NCBI GenBank assembly: GCA_964625235.1
Contig: CAZVAZ010000003.1
Coordinates: forward strand, 1-42,601
From: an uncultured Hyphomicrobiales bacterium
GTDB lineage: Bacteria > Pseudomonadota > Alphaproteobacteria > Rhizobiales > JAJFHR01
Length of the DNA stretch: 42,601 nucleotides
Direction: 5' to 3'
The position numbers and the translations under genes were made by a program. This document shows, piece after piece, positions 24,814 through 34,927 of this stretch. The notes under the pieces were generated by a model, which was not told where the DNA came from, did no database searches, and saw only the letters and a list, made by a program, of their open reading frames with translations. Each line of letters starts with the position of its first letter. The first letter of the stretch is position 1.

Positions 24814-26343
24814 TCAATGAAAGTATTGTGCGCCACGGATATTGTGATGGGTAATACCAGGCTCGTCCGTGGCGCGGGTTCGAGGTTGGCGATCCAGACC
24901 ATTCTTGAGAATGGAATGCAGGGATGTGTAAGAGCGGGCATTGATCTCCAAGGCACGCTCACAAGCGGCCTCAAGGCGCTCACGGCCAAAGGTTTTGGCC
25001 AGCCTCAAAATGCCAAGACAGGATCGGTATCCTTGTTCGGGGTGGCGGCGCTCGCGCATGATAACCTCAACATAGACTTCGGTGTTGGTGCCGATCCGTG
25101 CGGCCTGCCTGCGTATGCGTTCAGGTGTCCAATCCGCTTTGAACCGGTGATGGGCAGGCATATGATCTTTGTGGGTGGAATGCTGACGATTGCCCGAGGT
25201 GCGATGATGGGCAGCGACCCGTTTGCCTTTAAAATACACCTCTACAGTGCGCGCGGTGATCCGGGCCCATAATTTTTGCTTCAACAATTGATGGGGCACG
25301 GAGTAGTAATGCCGCCTGATATCGATGTGGTAATCCAGACCGGCGCGGCACTGTTTCCATTCGGCATAAACATAAGGCTCGATCGGCAAAGACTTCAGAG
25401 CAGGCTTGTCGAGCTTCTCAAACAAATCCCGTCGACTGGTCCCCAGATGCCGGGTCACTTTGTTGTTCAACTGATCCAACAACGGGCGAATGGCAGCATT
25501 CAGTTCATCAAGGCCGAAGAAGCACCGGTTGCGAAGCCGTGCCATAATCCAGCGCTCCACCAAAAGCACAGCGCTCTCGACTTTTGCCTTGTCCTTTGGC
25601 TTTTTTGGCCGGGCGGGAACAATAGCAGTATCATAATGGCGGGCCATATCGCCATAGGTACGGTTGATCGCCGGATCATAAAAACAGGCTTTGGTTACAC
25701 CGGCCTTCAGATTGTCCGGGACCACCTGTGCGGTCACCCCGCCAAAGAAATCAAAGGCCCGCACATGGCTCGAGACCCAATCAGGCAGTGTTTGCGTCCA
25801 ACTGGCTTCGACATAGGTGTAATTGGATGCTCCCAGGGTGGCGACAAATAATTGAGCCGTTCTCACTTCACCCGTCTTGGGACAAACCACATCCATTGTC
25901 GCCCCGGCATAATCCACAAACAGCCGTTCGCCTGCCGGATGACGTTGACGCATCACCGGCGATAGTCTGCCTTCCCAACGCGTATAAAGTTCGCAGAACC
26001 GGCTGTAGCCATATCCATCGCGATAAACGGATCGGTATTCTTCCCAAAGCAGAGAGAGTGTCACGCCCTTGCGGCGCAACTCCTGGTGCAAATACGCCCA
26101 ATCCGGCTGGGGATAGGAGCCACTGACTTCACCAGCCGTGCGCGCAAACAGCATCCGCTCAAGATCGCCATCACTCAGATCATCAGGCAATGGCCACGCC
26201 AGACCGGCCCCATCAGCGCGCCGCAAATAATCCGATACAGTCGCTCGCCCCAAAGACAGGCTGAGTGATATTCGACGCCCCGATAATCCATCAGCACGAA
26301 GCCGCAGGGCTTCTCGTATCTTCCGCATTGGCAATCTCTTCAT
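24814..26343 (-). CDS. istA: IS21-family transposase
   Basis: MRKIREALRL HTH, LLWEEY...GYGYSRFC, LFVDYAG, VPDNLK, KPKDKAKVE, YYSVP. Confidence 0.96.
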   Translation of the reverse strand: MKRLPMRKIREALRLRADGLSGRRISLSLSLGRATVSDYLRRADGAGLAWPLPDDLSDGDLERMLFARTAGEVSGSYPQPDWAYLHQELRRKGVTLSLLWEEYRSVYRDGYGYSRFCELYTRWEGRLSPVMRQRHPAGERLFVDYAGATMDVVCPKTGEVRTAQLFVATLGASNYTYVEASWTQTLPDWVSSHVRAFDFFGGVTAQVVPDNLKAGVTKACFYDPAINRTYGDMARHYDTAIVPARPKKPKDKAKVESAVLLVERWIMARLRNRCFFGLDELNAAIRPLLDQLNNKVTRHLGTSRRDLFEKLDKPALKSLPIEPYVYAEWKQCRAGLDYHIDIRRHYYSVPHQLLKQKLWARITARTVEVYFKGKRVAAHHRTSGNRQHSTHKDHMPAHHRFKADWTPERIRRQAARIGTNTEVYVEVIMRERRHPEQGYRSCLGILRLAKTFGRERLEAACERALEINARSYTSLHSILKNGLDRQPRTRATDEPGITHHNIRGAQYFH

Positions 26344-26424
26344 TGGGGTCCTCTCCGTTCAAAATGAACGAAGAATAACCACGTTAAGGATCGCCTCGCC
26401 GCAGCAAAATCTCAGGCAAATACA

Positions 26425-26520
26425 GGGTGGCCGGATGCCCCGGTTTCCCCGGCCGGATTAAATCGGTATGGGTGGCCGGATGTTATCGGAATCAGTGGCC
26501 GGATAACCCCGGAATACGCA
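26425..26520 (-). repeat. IS21 left end with multiple transposase-binding repeats
   Basis: Minus strand begins TGCGTATTCC and carries four ATCCGGCC(AC) copies. Confidence 0.88.
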
Positions 26521-26637
26521 ATACGGAAGCAGAAAAAATCCTTATCTAGACACATACCGCCATCAAAATATAGCCAGAGTCAGTGACAAACTGGCTGCGT
26601 GATGATCACTTAAGCGATGAAAAAACGGCGGACAGGT

Positions 26638-27204
26638 CTAACCTCTAACACTCATGATGGGCAGACTTGGATCGTTGGCATCAGATCGTCGCCAGTACGC
26701 CATGCAGGAGCGGCTCCCCAGTTCAGTCAGATCAAGTATGTTTGAATCCGATTGTGAAGTCGCTAACAATCCCATTTGGACAAGTTTTTGAACAGGTCCA
26801 TCTTGAAACCCGCGATCATTGATTGATCGGCCATTCTTGTTGAGAGAGAACCAACGGATTTTCGGTTCGTCGTCAGAGCGGATTAAACTATCAGGAACAA
26901 ACGTTGGTTTGGTCTGAAAGCTGCTGAAGCTTAAGGTCATATGCCACAACACATCCCGAGATCGTGGCGGTATGAGTATCCAATCAACACAGTCCTCAGG
27001 CTCTTTCACACTCGCGACAACATCCCCAGACTGCCGTCCTAGCTTGTAGGCGGCCACCATCGCTCGTTCGATTTCACCGATGGTGTTTTGAGATCTACCC
27101 ATTCGATTTGCCACACGATCAAGCGAAAGGATACGCCTCGCCTCTTCTTTGAACTGAGCGCGTAAAATTGGATCAAATTTTTTTCCAGCCATTATTCGAC
27201 ACAT
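26638..27204 (-). CDS. Hypothetical protein
   Basis: 188-aa ORF co-oriented with the GTPase operon; possible C-terminal winged-helix-like segment (KLVQMGLL...LTELG). The start may be 27192. Confidence 0.6.
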   Translation of the reverse strand: MCRIMAGKKFDPILRAQFKEEARRILSLDRVANRMGRSQNTIGEIERAMVAAYKLGRQSGDVVASVKEPEDCVDWILIPPRSRDVLWHMTLSFSSFQTKPTFVPDSLIRSDDEPKIRWFSLNKNGRSINDRGFQDGPVQKLVQMGLLATSQSDSNILDLTELGSRSCMAYWRRSDANDPSLPIMSVRG

Positions 27205-27283
27205 TTCCTAACGAGGTCACTACAGAATTTCCAAGAAGACAGATATCGTTAGTATGACCAATCTGGGGGCCGACTCACGAGAT

Positions 27284-29338
27284 TCAGTATCCTTTTAAGA
27301 TATGATTTATTATCGCGTATCGCTTTTGCAAATGAGGATCCTCCGCTTCCTTTAGAATGCCTTTTACCGCTTTGAGATACTGGCGCCCGCGATAACTATC
27401 ATTTGCTATGGAAACGAGAACTGCGAACTGTTCATCTATAGACGTCAGAGTCGCAAATGCGAGTGCGGGCCACCTATCTTCGACACAGTGTTCGATCAAT
27501 CCTTTGCGTAGACGATAGCATTTGTCCCACTCCTGCCAAAACATCGGCCAGGGTAACTTATCCTCCAATTGACTCCAAGATTTGTAGGACAATCGATTTC
27601 TTGCCAAAGCGTTATCAGTCGTCTCAAACCCAAATTCTGCCAGTTCAGCTGCGTTGTAGACTTCGTCATCAAAAGAACGTCTCAAAAGATAGGCCCGCAA
27701 CGTTAGTTCATCATCATCAGACAAGACGTTTCTGGTGTTCTCAATAGCGCTTAGCCACGGGTCCCTTTCCGAGTTGCTAGGGACATCTTCAGGAGAATAG
27801 AGTTGGCTAACCGCAAGAAGAAAATGCCGGTCGAGTTTGTCTACCGACGAGAAGAACGTTCCCAAACCACTAGGCGTTCCTATCGTCTCTAGCCATTGTT
27901 TAAGGTCTTCAGCGGTAATGTCTTTATCCGCATAGGTTTGATGCAAAGCAATCAGCAAGTCCAACCGGTTAATACGCACCAGAAGAGAGTCAGCGAGATC
28001 AATTCTTTTTGCGATTATTGCAGCTCGCAGGACTTCCTGATGAAAATCTAACTCGTTGAGCTTGTCGAGTACATTAGTGTGACTTTCATCAATAAGTGCC
28101 CAAGTCAAAGAACTCTGAAGCAGTTCCGAGCGGAGTTCGAGGGCTGTCGACAGCAATCCGGAAACTCTCTTGGCCGCCGTCAAAATATCCTTGATAGGAA
28201 CGGACGCTAGGGTTTCCAGAAATATCTCTTCTCCGATCTTGCCGGACCGGCTCATTTTCAAAAACAGCTTTGGCTGAGCCTTAAGTAAAGTTTGCCCAAA
28301 ACGTTTTGTACCATCGTCCAGCCGTCGCCTGTCTAATAAGTCAATATGGTCAATCATGTATGAAAGGACAGGTCGGCTGAGACCCGAGTGCTGTTTGAAA
28401 AGGCGTCTGACGACAATACCTTTCAGTGCACGCGCTGTGTTTGGTTCAGAAGGAGCAGGGATGAGCTTTAGTGCGGCTTCAATGTCAACTTGAGCCTGTG
28501 GCGCTCCTTCCATTAAGTTGAAGATGCTACACAGAATTGCGAAACTGCTTCTACCGTTTTGCAGATCACTCCCAGCGTGAAACAAGAACTGCCGCAATCC
28601 ATCCGATTTTGACATCGCAAGGTCTTCTATTGCAGTTCGCAGCCAAGATGGCTCCTTATCAGGAGAATTCGCATCGATCGCATTGGCAAACCGGCTCCGC
28701 ACACTCGGCATCGCTTTCGGTAAAAGTTGGAGATCAAAGAGGATATCTTTTGTCGATCTGTCTGCGGACGCCATTGTACAAAATCGAAATGACCGACGCA
28801 GCCGCGGCCATTGCTGTGCCCATAAAGCAAGAACCGCCTTCTCCGAGATCTCGGGATCGAGTTCGAAGGAGATGATTGGTTTCGAGGGATGCTGATAGAG
28901 TGCCGCAATAAGCGGTTTTGCAAATGATGCGACCTGCGGTTCAACCTGCGCAACCTGCTGCTCCTCATCGAACTTAACTGTATTCTTGTAAGATTCTGTC
29001 GTAGATTGCTCCGGCCTCCGGAAAAACTTTAGCAGATGTGTTGGGTCCACAGTGGTTGCGAGATCAACGAAATCAATCAAGAGTGTATGAGTCCAGACAC
29101 ATCCAGGCCGCGACATCTCAGGGGCCGGCCAAGTGCGAGCTAAGGCATACAGACCGGAAGTTAGAAGCGGATAGCCCGTTAAATAGCCTCGCGCCTCAAA
29201 GCGTGAGCCTGGACCTGAGGTGTCGCTGAGCACAAGAAGTGTCTTCGTATCTTGAGCGCTTAGCTCAATTGAAGATGCGACTGCCCGGTGGCCGTCTTTG
29301 TAACCATGCAGCGTTTGATTTAGCGTGACCGAATGCAA
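27284..29338 (-). CDS. GAP1-type (GTPase-associated protein 1, N1 domain) protein
   Basis: QTLHGYKDGHRAVASS...LSDTSG...YLTGYPL...YALARTWPAPEMSRPGCVWTHTLLI and LWAQQWPRLRRSFRFCT resemble GAP1-N1; follows two GTPases. Confidence 0.78.
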   Translation of the reverse strand: MHSVTLNQTLHGYKDGHRAVASSIELSAQDTKTLLVLSDTSGPGSRFEARGYLTGYPLLTSGLYALARTWPAPEMSRPGCVWTHTLLIDFVDLATTVDPTHLLKFFRRPEQSTTESYKNTVKFDEEQQVAQVEPQVASFAKPLIAALYQHPSKPIISFELDPEISEKAVLALWAQQWPRLRRSFRFCTMASADRSTKDILFDLQLLPKAMPSVRSRFANAIDANSPDKEPSWLRTAIEDLAMSKSDGLRQFLFHAGSDLQNGRSSFAILCSIFNLMEGAPQAQVDIEAALKLIPAPSEPNTARALKGIVVRRLFKQHSGLSRPVLSYMIDHIDLLDRRRLDDGTKRFGQTLLKAQPKLFLKMSRSGKIGEEIFLETLASVPIKDILTAAKRVSGLLSTALELRSELLQSSLTWALIDESHTNVLDKLNELDFHQEVLRAAIIAKRIDLADSLLVRINRLDLLIALHQTYADKDITAEDLKQWLETIGTPSGLGTFFSSVDKLDRHFLLAVSQLYSPEDVPSNSERDPWLSAIENTRNVLSDDDELTLRAYLLRRSFDDEVYNAAELAEFGFETTDNALARNRLSYKSWSQLEDKLPWPMFWQEWDKCYRLRKGLIEHCVEDRWPALAFATLTSIDEQFAVLVSIANDSYRGRQYLKAVKGILKEAEDPHLQKRYAIINHILKGY

Positions 29339-29341
29339 GGT

Positions 29342-30205
29342 TCACCTGACCAATCCGACGAAAGGAATCGTCAAGTCTTGCGTCTCGCCACTGTCTGTCA
29401 CGAGCTTTATGCGTTTGGACGGTCGATCGAGTTCCCTTAGCCGTTCCGCATCTTCAGAAGTTTCTTCTGGCTTTTTTGGATCATCATACATTCCGCCCTG
29501 CGCACTCAATCCACTGATTGTTAAAGTCCACTGGTCACCAGCAGAGGTTAGATATTGGTGTAGAAGTGGCAGGCGTTGCTTTAGATATTCTGAAGGCGAG
29601 AGGCCCTCGGCCTCGACGCGATCCCAAGCGGAAAGTAATACTGTCAGTGTTCGCGGGCCAACATCAAAAGGTTTTTCAGTGAGCAGCTGAAGTAGTTCGA
29701 CAATCTGAACCTGGGTTGGTGACATGCGCGGTTCCCAATCGACATCTTGACCTTCGTCCATTGGTAAACCCATACCTGCCATTTGTTCAGCTTCATCGAC
29801 TACCCATCTGGGACACTGAATTGTGTCAGCGTTGATGAACAACAATACATTATCACTCCGCAGCATTTCGACAATATCAGGCTCACATGTTCGATTTTCC
29901 CACATGTCGCGATAGGTCTCACCTGCGACATCTGGGAAATTAACCTGCAAGTCTAGACTGAAATCTCGCTTGGTCAGATTGATCTGGATATTCTGATTTC
30001 CCGTTTGTTGAGTTCGCTCTTGGACCTGTGCCTGTCGCCATCTGTTTGCGATATTTGTTAAATAGGCTGTGTTCCCGGCATGAAGGTTTTTCAAGCGCAG
30101 CTCGGTATCCTCTTCCTGCTCGGTGAGCAGATGCCAGAGAGCCGCTAGAAAGGTCGTTTTGCCTGAACCCGGAAGGCCAACAATCGAGATAGAAGGATGG
30201 CTCAT
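29342..30205 (-). CDS. TRAFAC GTPase (double-GTPase system)
   Basis: G1 GLPGSGKTT, G3 DVAGE, variant G4 SAWD. Confidence 0.85.
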   Translation of the reverse strand: MSHPSISIVGLPGSGKTTFLAALWHLLTEQEEDTELRLKNLHAGNTAYLTNIANRWRQAQVQERTQQTGNQNIQINLTKRDFSLDLQVNFPDVAGETYRDMWENRTCEPDIVEMLRSDNVLLFINADTIQCPRWVVDEAEQMAGMGLPMDEGQDVDWEPRMSPTQVQIVELLQLLTEKPFDVGPRTLTVLLSAWDRVEAEGLSPSEYLKQRLPLLHQYLTSAGDQWTLTISGLSAQGGMYDDPKKPEETSEDAERLRELDRPSKRIKLVTDSGETQDLTIPFVGLVR

Positions 30206-31239
30206 GTCGCAGTTCCCATCTTCTGTTTAGGCATCCGAACGTTCTGAATATTACGATTAGTCGGCATACTTGCCGGAATAGCGAGTTTGTCTTCAGCGCG
30301 GGGCCGAGTCCAAGACTGCAAAAGCTCATCAACGCCGGATCCACGATCCATGCTGGTATCGGCTGGCGCCGCTGCGAGATGGATTGACTTAAAGCTTTGA
30401 GCATGTGGCGTTAGAATCGTGGTTGCGAGCGTTACAACTTTATCGAAATCGGCAATGGCGCGATCTTTATGTTGAGAAGCGTTCACCAAATCCATCTTAG
30501 TCAACGCAAAAATGATATGAGGCTTACGCTCAAGAAACTCACCGTCTGCCAAAGCGCGGATCATGAGGCCTGTTTCGCTGCGGGTATTGTGACGTGTTTG
30601 ATTGTTTAGTAGCCTACCTCCGTCTACCAGTACTGTTACGGTGTCAGCGCGAGAAACTTCCGGAAATGGACCCGCTTGGGACAAATCGTCGGCCGCGGTT
30701 AAATACTCTTCTCCAGCGCGATCCCCCAGAAGTAATGTCATACCAGCAACGGCCGGTTCATAGCTGAGGTTAAGGTGATAAAAGCGAACGTCGCCGTGGC
30801 CTGTATGCGGCTGAGACGGTATGGCGCGTCTTGAAGCGGCACGAGAATCATGGCAAGCAAGTTCGAACGCGTGCAGTGTTTCTGAACCTGCGAAAGAAAG
30901 CTTTGCTACGGGTCCTTCTTGAAACAAATCGAATAGACTCGCAATAAGGCTGGTCTTACCGGCGTCTCTTGGTCCTACGATGGCAACTACGCGACCATCT
31001 TGACACCCTAACAGCATCGAAGCACGCGATACTGGGAGCGTAGTTGCGGGACGCAAGTTGATCAAGGTGTCGGTAGGCTCGGAGACTATCTCGGTTTCCA
31101 GCGTCGCATCTATCTCTTGATCTCGGCCATATGTGGGGCATTTATCGAAATCCAATCCCTCAAGGCAGCGACCTGTTTCGAATGCCTTACACTGGGGGTT
31201 GGCGCATTTGTGCTGTGTAGCTGATATGTCTGTGCTCAT
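30202..31239 (-). CDS. TRAFAC GTPase with N-terminal Cys-rich segment (double-GTPase system)
   Basis: CANPQC...C...C N-terminus; G1 GPRDAGKTS, G3 DRAGE, G4 TKMD. Confidence 0.85.
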   Translation of the reverse strand: MSTDISATQHKCANPQCKAFETGRCLEGLDFDKCPTYGRDQEIDATLETEIVSEPTDTLINLRPATTLPVSRASMLLGCQDGRVVAIVGPRDAGKTSLIASLFDLFQEGPVAKLSFAGSETLHAFELACHDSRAASRRAIPSQPHTGHGDVRFYHLNLSYEPAVAGMTLLLGDRAGEEYLTAADDLSQAGPFPEVSRADTVTVLVDGGRLLNNQTRHNTRSETGLMIRALADGEFLERKPHIIFALTKMDLVNASQHKDRAIADFDKVVTLATTILTPHAQSFKSIHLAAAPADTSMDRGSGVDELLQSWTRPRAEDKLAIPASMPTNRNIQNVRMPKQKMGTAT

Positions 31240-32333
31240 GGAAATTTTCGCAGCAGTTGTTCGCGATAAAACAGTTCACCAAGTGTCAGTGCTGCAAATT
31301 TTTCAGTTGCCTTAGTGGTCGTAATTTTGGCCCATGGATCAATCCAAGTCTTCTCGTCATCAACCTCAAGCCTGCGCGAGATGGCAAAGTGAAGCGGTTG
31401 GGTCACTGGCGATGGAGAAGTATCCCCGACTAACGTCGCCAGCCAGTCGGTATCTGCTCCGTTGATCATATTAGGTATTGAGAGTTTGGATTTATCTGTC
31501 AAACCAGCACGAGCCATAAGCGGACGAATTGATCGTAAGCCAGGTAGGATATAGGTTTCGTCAGCCAGCTCTTTGCCAAGAGCGAGTGGCATCACTGCTG
31601 CAGAAAGCTCCGTGAAATCGCAATCCAGTTCCACGCTACGGCCACCTAGGAACCACCAAAGCACCTGAAGTTCTTCATCCTGCACCTTTATGAACTTCTC
31701 AAGTGATCCCACCACACGTGTTTGGCGTGTCGTGACGCTGCGCAGTGCTGTTTGGACCTCCTTAGCCAACGCCAACAGATCGGATGCATCAATTGTTTCA
31801 GCCACTTCTTCGTCTGTTTTTCGACTTAAGCCCTCGCCAATCTTGAACGTGGTTGCTTTTTGATAATCGCTAAGATCTGGGCGCTCTCGCGCCTCGACGG
31901 ATCGGTGGTCTAGTGCGACCTCGGCCAGAGCCACGAGATCCATCGGAAGATTTGGTATTCTCGTTTCATTAATTGAAGCAGTTGTTACGCTAAGCGCTGC
32001 AAGGTCGCCCATGTGGTTGGACTGATTGAACATATTGACCAAAACAGTTGCAGCAAGAATCTGAACTTCGCGCTTGGCGGAGCCGGGATCAAAAGTTGGA
32101 TCTTTTCCCTTGAAGCAATGGTGTACGCGATCAAGAGTCGCCTGCGGGGCACCTTGACGGTCTATTCCAAAAGCCATTCTCACAATACCCTCGATTAAGT
32201 CCCGATCCGCACCTTCGGTAAGTTCTTTGATGGCTTCCATGCGAAATGACCGGCAAGCGTCGTCAGCATCGATTGAAACATCCCGATACCAGATTGGAAA
32301 GTCGGCCGTCAGGTTTGAAACATTTTCAGTCAT
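31236..32333 (-). CDS. All-helical protein, probably GASH (GTPase-associated system helical domain)
   Basis: Coiled-coil-like stretch ending QDEELQVLWWFLGG and C-terminal LFYREQLL; coupled by ATGA overlaps between the phosphoesterase and the GTPases. The call rests mostly on context. Confidence 0.65.
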   Translation of the reverse strand: MTENVSNLTADFPIWYRDVSIDADDACRSFRMEAIKELTEGADRDLIEGIVRMAFGIDRQGAPQATLDRVHHCFKGKDPTFDPGSAKREVQILAATVLVNMFNQSNHMGDLAALSVTTASINETRIPNLPMDLVALAEVALDHRSVEARERPDLSDYQKATTFKIGEGLSRKTDEEVAETIDASDLLALAKEVQTALRSVTTRQTRVVGSLEKFIKVQDEELQVLWWFLGGRSVELDCDFTELSAAVMPLALGKELADETYILPGLRSIRPLMARAGLTDKSKLSIPNMINGADTDWLATLVGDTSPSPVTQPLHFAISRRLEVDDEKTWIDPWAKITTTKATEKFAALTLGELFYREQLLRKFP

Positions 32334-33628
32334 CTTGATCCTTCACATCTCTCGACTTCAGCAGCGAGTTTTTCGAGTTTTTTCCGTTCCGCAGCTTTTA
32401 ACAGCGCCCGTCCGTATCGCTCGGCTTCAGGCGTTTTCATGTCGTCTTCGGTAATTAGGTCTAGTTTCAGGGCGATATCTCGTCTTTGACCAACTGTTAG
32501 CTGCCAAAAACGATAGACAAGATTCCTGGTTCGTTCGTCACTCATTGAGGCCTCTGCATCCGGAGCGGCTGCAAGAGCAACAGCTTCCTCTGTCAAGTCT
32601 GGGGTTGAGGGCGCGACACCGAGGTGCGTCTTTCTGTCGGGGATTGTGATGGTCTGTGTAAAGACTTCAGAGTCGTCGTTGTTCTGGACCGCACGAAAAC
32701 GCTCTGGGTTTGGTTGCCACTCTCTAAGACTAACACTGACGATGAGCTCGCGTGCGATGCCTTGGCCGCTCACCTTCACATCGATCAAGCTATATGCGGG
32801 TTGCCAGCCCGGTTCCTGCCGATCAGGATTGATTGCACCAGAATTTATTCTGACATAGTCTTGGGTCATTGTCGGTCGCTGACGATGGCGATGTCCGAAA
32901 AGATGCAACGCACATCTGTTGCAAATCTTTTCATCAACATCGCCCGCATCCAGAAACCAGTCAGGAGGATGGTGGCAAACCGCGACGTTCACAACATTTT
33001 CCTCAGGGTTAAACACTGTTTGGAGCGGGCTCAGATAAAGCTTCCCCGGCGCATCATCTTGTCCGGTTGGCCCTGAAAGGACCGCAGATGTCAGGCCGTG
33101 CAGCCGAAGCTTCACTCCCTGATCTAGGTCAAGATCCTGCTTCCAAGAAAGATGATCCGGTCCATATATTTGGCAGTTAAAGGCGCGTGCAAACTCATTG
33201 TAGGCGCCCAGTGGTTTGAGGAGCGCGCCAACGGTTTCAACATCTTCGAACTGAGCACGTAGTTCCCCTTCCCTCTGTTGTGGTTTGCACCGTATGATGG
33301 AATTTTGGGCGTTTCTAGTGGCGAGTGACTGACCAATTACGCGTCTGTCTACATCATGATTGCCAGGTACAACAAAGACGCGTTCAAGATGGCACCCAGT
33401 GGCTTCGATGAGCTCATGTATCCAGTTCTCGGCAACACGATACTCTGCGGGATCACCCTTGAAGGCGACGTCGCCAACAATAACGATCGCATCGATTCGG
33501 CCCAGCTTTTGTACTTGTCCCCGCAAGTCTTGAAGCATTCGAGTTCTATAAGGCAAGTCTGGATCAGTATCTGGGCGAAGACACTGAGGTTCTTTGAAAT
33601 GAATGTCTGAAACGTTTAAAATAAGCAT
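32330..33628 (-). CDS. Calcineurin-like metallophosphoesterase with C-terminal adaptor (GAAD-like) domain
   Basis: Start moved to ATG 33628. SDIH, GDVA, VPGNHD, HHPP, GHRH; low-complexity linker, then helical RNLVYRFWQL...KLAAEV. Confidence 0.85.
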   Translation of the reverse strand: MLILNVSDIHFKEPQCLRPDTDPDLPYRTRMLQDLRGQVQKLGRIDAIVIVGDVAFKGDPAEYRVAENWIHELIEATGCHLERVFVVPGNHDVDRRVIGQSLATRNAQNSIIRCKPQQREGELRAQFEDVETVGALLKPLGAYNEFARAFNCQIYGPDHLSWKQDLDLDQGVKLRLHGLTSAVLSGPTGQDDAPGKLYLSPLQTVFNPEENVVNVAVCHHPPDWFLDAGDVDEKICNRCALHLFGHRHRQRPTMTQDYVRINSGAINPDRQEPGWQPAYSLIDVKVSGQGIARELIVSVSLREWQPNPERFRAVQNNDDSEVFTQTITIPDRKTHLGVAPSTPDLTEEAVALAAAPDAEASMSDERTRNLVYRFWQLTVGQRRDIALKLDLITEDDMKTPEAERYGRALLKAAERKKLEKLAAEVERCEGSR

Positions 33629-33680
33629 GGGGTTTTCTATCACGAAATATTCAAGGCTTGTAGCGATTTGATTAGATGAG

Positions 33681-34907
33681 TCATTTTGAAGACCATAAGC
33701 TAGAGAGCGGCGCGGCAAACATGTTTTCAGCGAATGGGACGACCTGATTATGGTCATAGAGTACAATTCCTTGTACAAATTTGTCCCCGCAGGCATCCGC
33801 TAATTTCCGCATGCCTGAAAAATCTGATGACGAGACCGTCGCCGATGATTTCACCTCGATTCCGACCACCTGCCCCCGCCTGTCCTCCAAAACGATATCG
33901 ACTTCATTTTTGTCTTTGTCTCGGAAGTGAGAGAACAAACATCGCTGCTCACTCCATGTCGCTATTTTTTGCAATTCGCTGAAGACGAATGTCTCCAAGA
34001 CTGCCCCGAAAGATGTCCTATCCTTGCGAACTATATCCGGAGAGATTTCTCTCAGCGCTGCAAGGAGGCCTGCGTCAAAGAAATGGAGTTTTGGCGATTT
34101 TGTCAGCCGCTTCAGTTTATTGGTAAACCACGGTTGAAGCGTGTGAACGATGAACAGGCTCTCAAAGACGCCAAGGTATTTCTGCGTTGTGACATGGTTG
34201 AGCCCGATCGCGCCGCCAATCCCTGAATAGTTGACGAGCTGCCCTGAGTGTTCAGCGAGAATGTTCAGAAGCTTCGGCATAATGGCGAGTTGTTCTATCT
34301 GGGCCACATCTTTAACATCTCGTTGGACGATTGCGTCCACATAGCTTTGATACCAGTCCTGCTTACGGCCCCATTTTCGGCGGGTGATCGCTTCGGGATA
34401 GCCACCCGATAGAACGACTTCGATTAGATCGTCTCCGAGCACTACGCTCTCGACTGTCGGGTGTACGCCTTTGAACGCGTTGTTGAGAAATGCCGATTTG
34501 GAGCCTTCTATCTCCGATTTAGACAGTGGGAGCAGTTTCACCACCTCCATCCGGCCGGCGAGTGAATCTGCGACGCGGGGTACGGTCATTAGGTTGGCGG
34601 AGCCAGTCAGCAGGAATCGGCCCGGGCTTTTATCGTTGTCCACCTCGGTTTTAATGGCGAGCAACAGGTTTGGTGCACGCTGGATCTCGTCTATGACTGC
34701 ACGGTCAAGCCCGCGCAGGAATCCTACGGGATCGTTGTTCGCAGATGCGAGCACGGTGGCATCATCGAGGGTGAAGAAGGGCATCTCATCGGCCGCGATG
34801 TCTGTCGCCAAGGTCGTTTTGCCGGACTGTCGAGGTCCTGATATAAGAACAACCCGTGTGTCGGCCAAGGCCTCTTGTATTCTGTTTTTGGCGAAACGGT
34901 CGTACAT
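33681..34907 (-). CDS. AAA_14 ATPase with DUF4143 (PD-(D/E)xK-like) C-terminus
   Basis: GPRQSGKTT, IDEIQ, FLLTGS, SLAGR, GGYP, KSPKLHFFDAGL, EVDIV...IEVK. Confidence 0.93.
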   Translation of the reverse strand: MYDRFAKNRIQEALADTRVVLISGPRQSGKTTLATDIAADEMPFFTLDDATVLASANNDPVGFLRGLDRAVIDEIQRAPNLLLAIKTEVDNDKSPGRFLLTGSANLMTVPRVADSLAGRMEVVKLLPLSKSEIEGSKSAFLNNAFKGVHPTVESVVLGDDLIEVVLSGGYPEAITRRKWGRKQDWYQSYVDAIVQRDVKDVAQIEQLAIMPKLLNILAEHSGQLVNYSGIGGAIGLNHVTTQKYLGVFESLFIVHTLQPWFTNKLKRLTKSPKLHFFDAGLLAALREISPDIVRKDRTSFGAVLETFVFSELQKIATWSEQRCLFSHFRDKDKNEVDIVLEDRRGQVVGIEVKSSATVSSSDFSGMRKLADACGDKFVQGIVLYDHNQVVPFAENMFAAPLSSLWSSK

Positions 34908-34927
34908 TCATTGGTCCCAGCTAGCTC

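Noticed and set aside
33629-33796. N-terminal extension of the metallophosphoesterase
   Set aside because: Overlaps the AAA-DUF4143 gene; the fold begins at MLILNVSDIH (33628).
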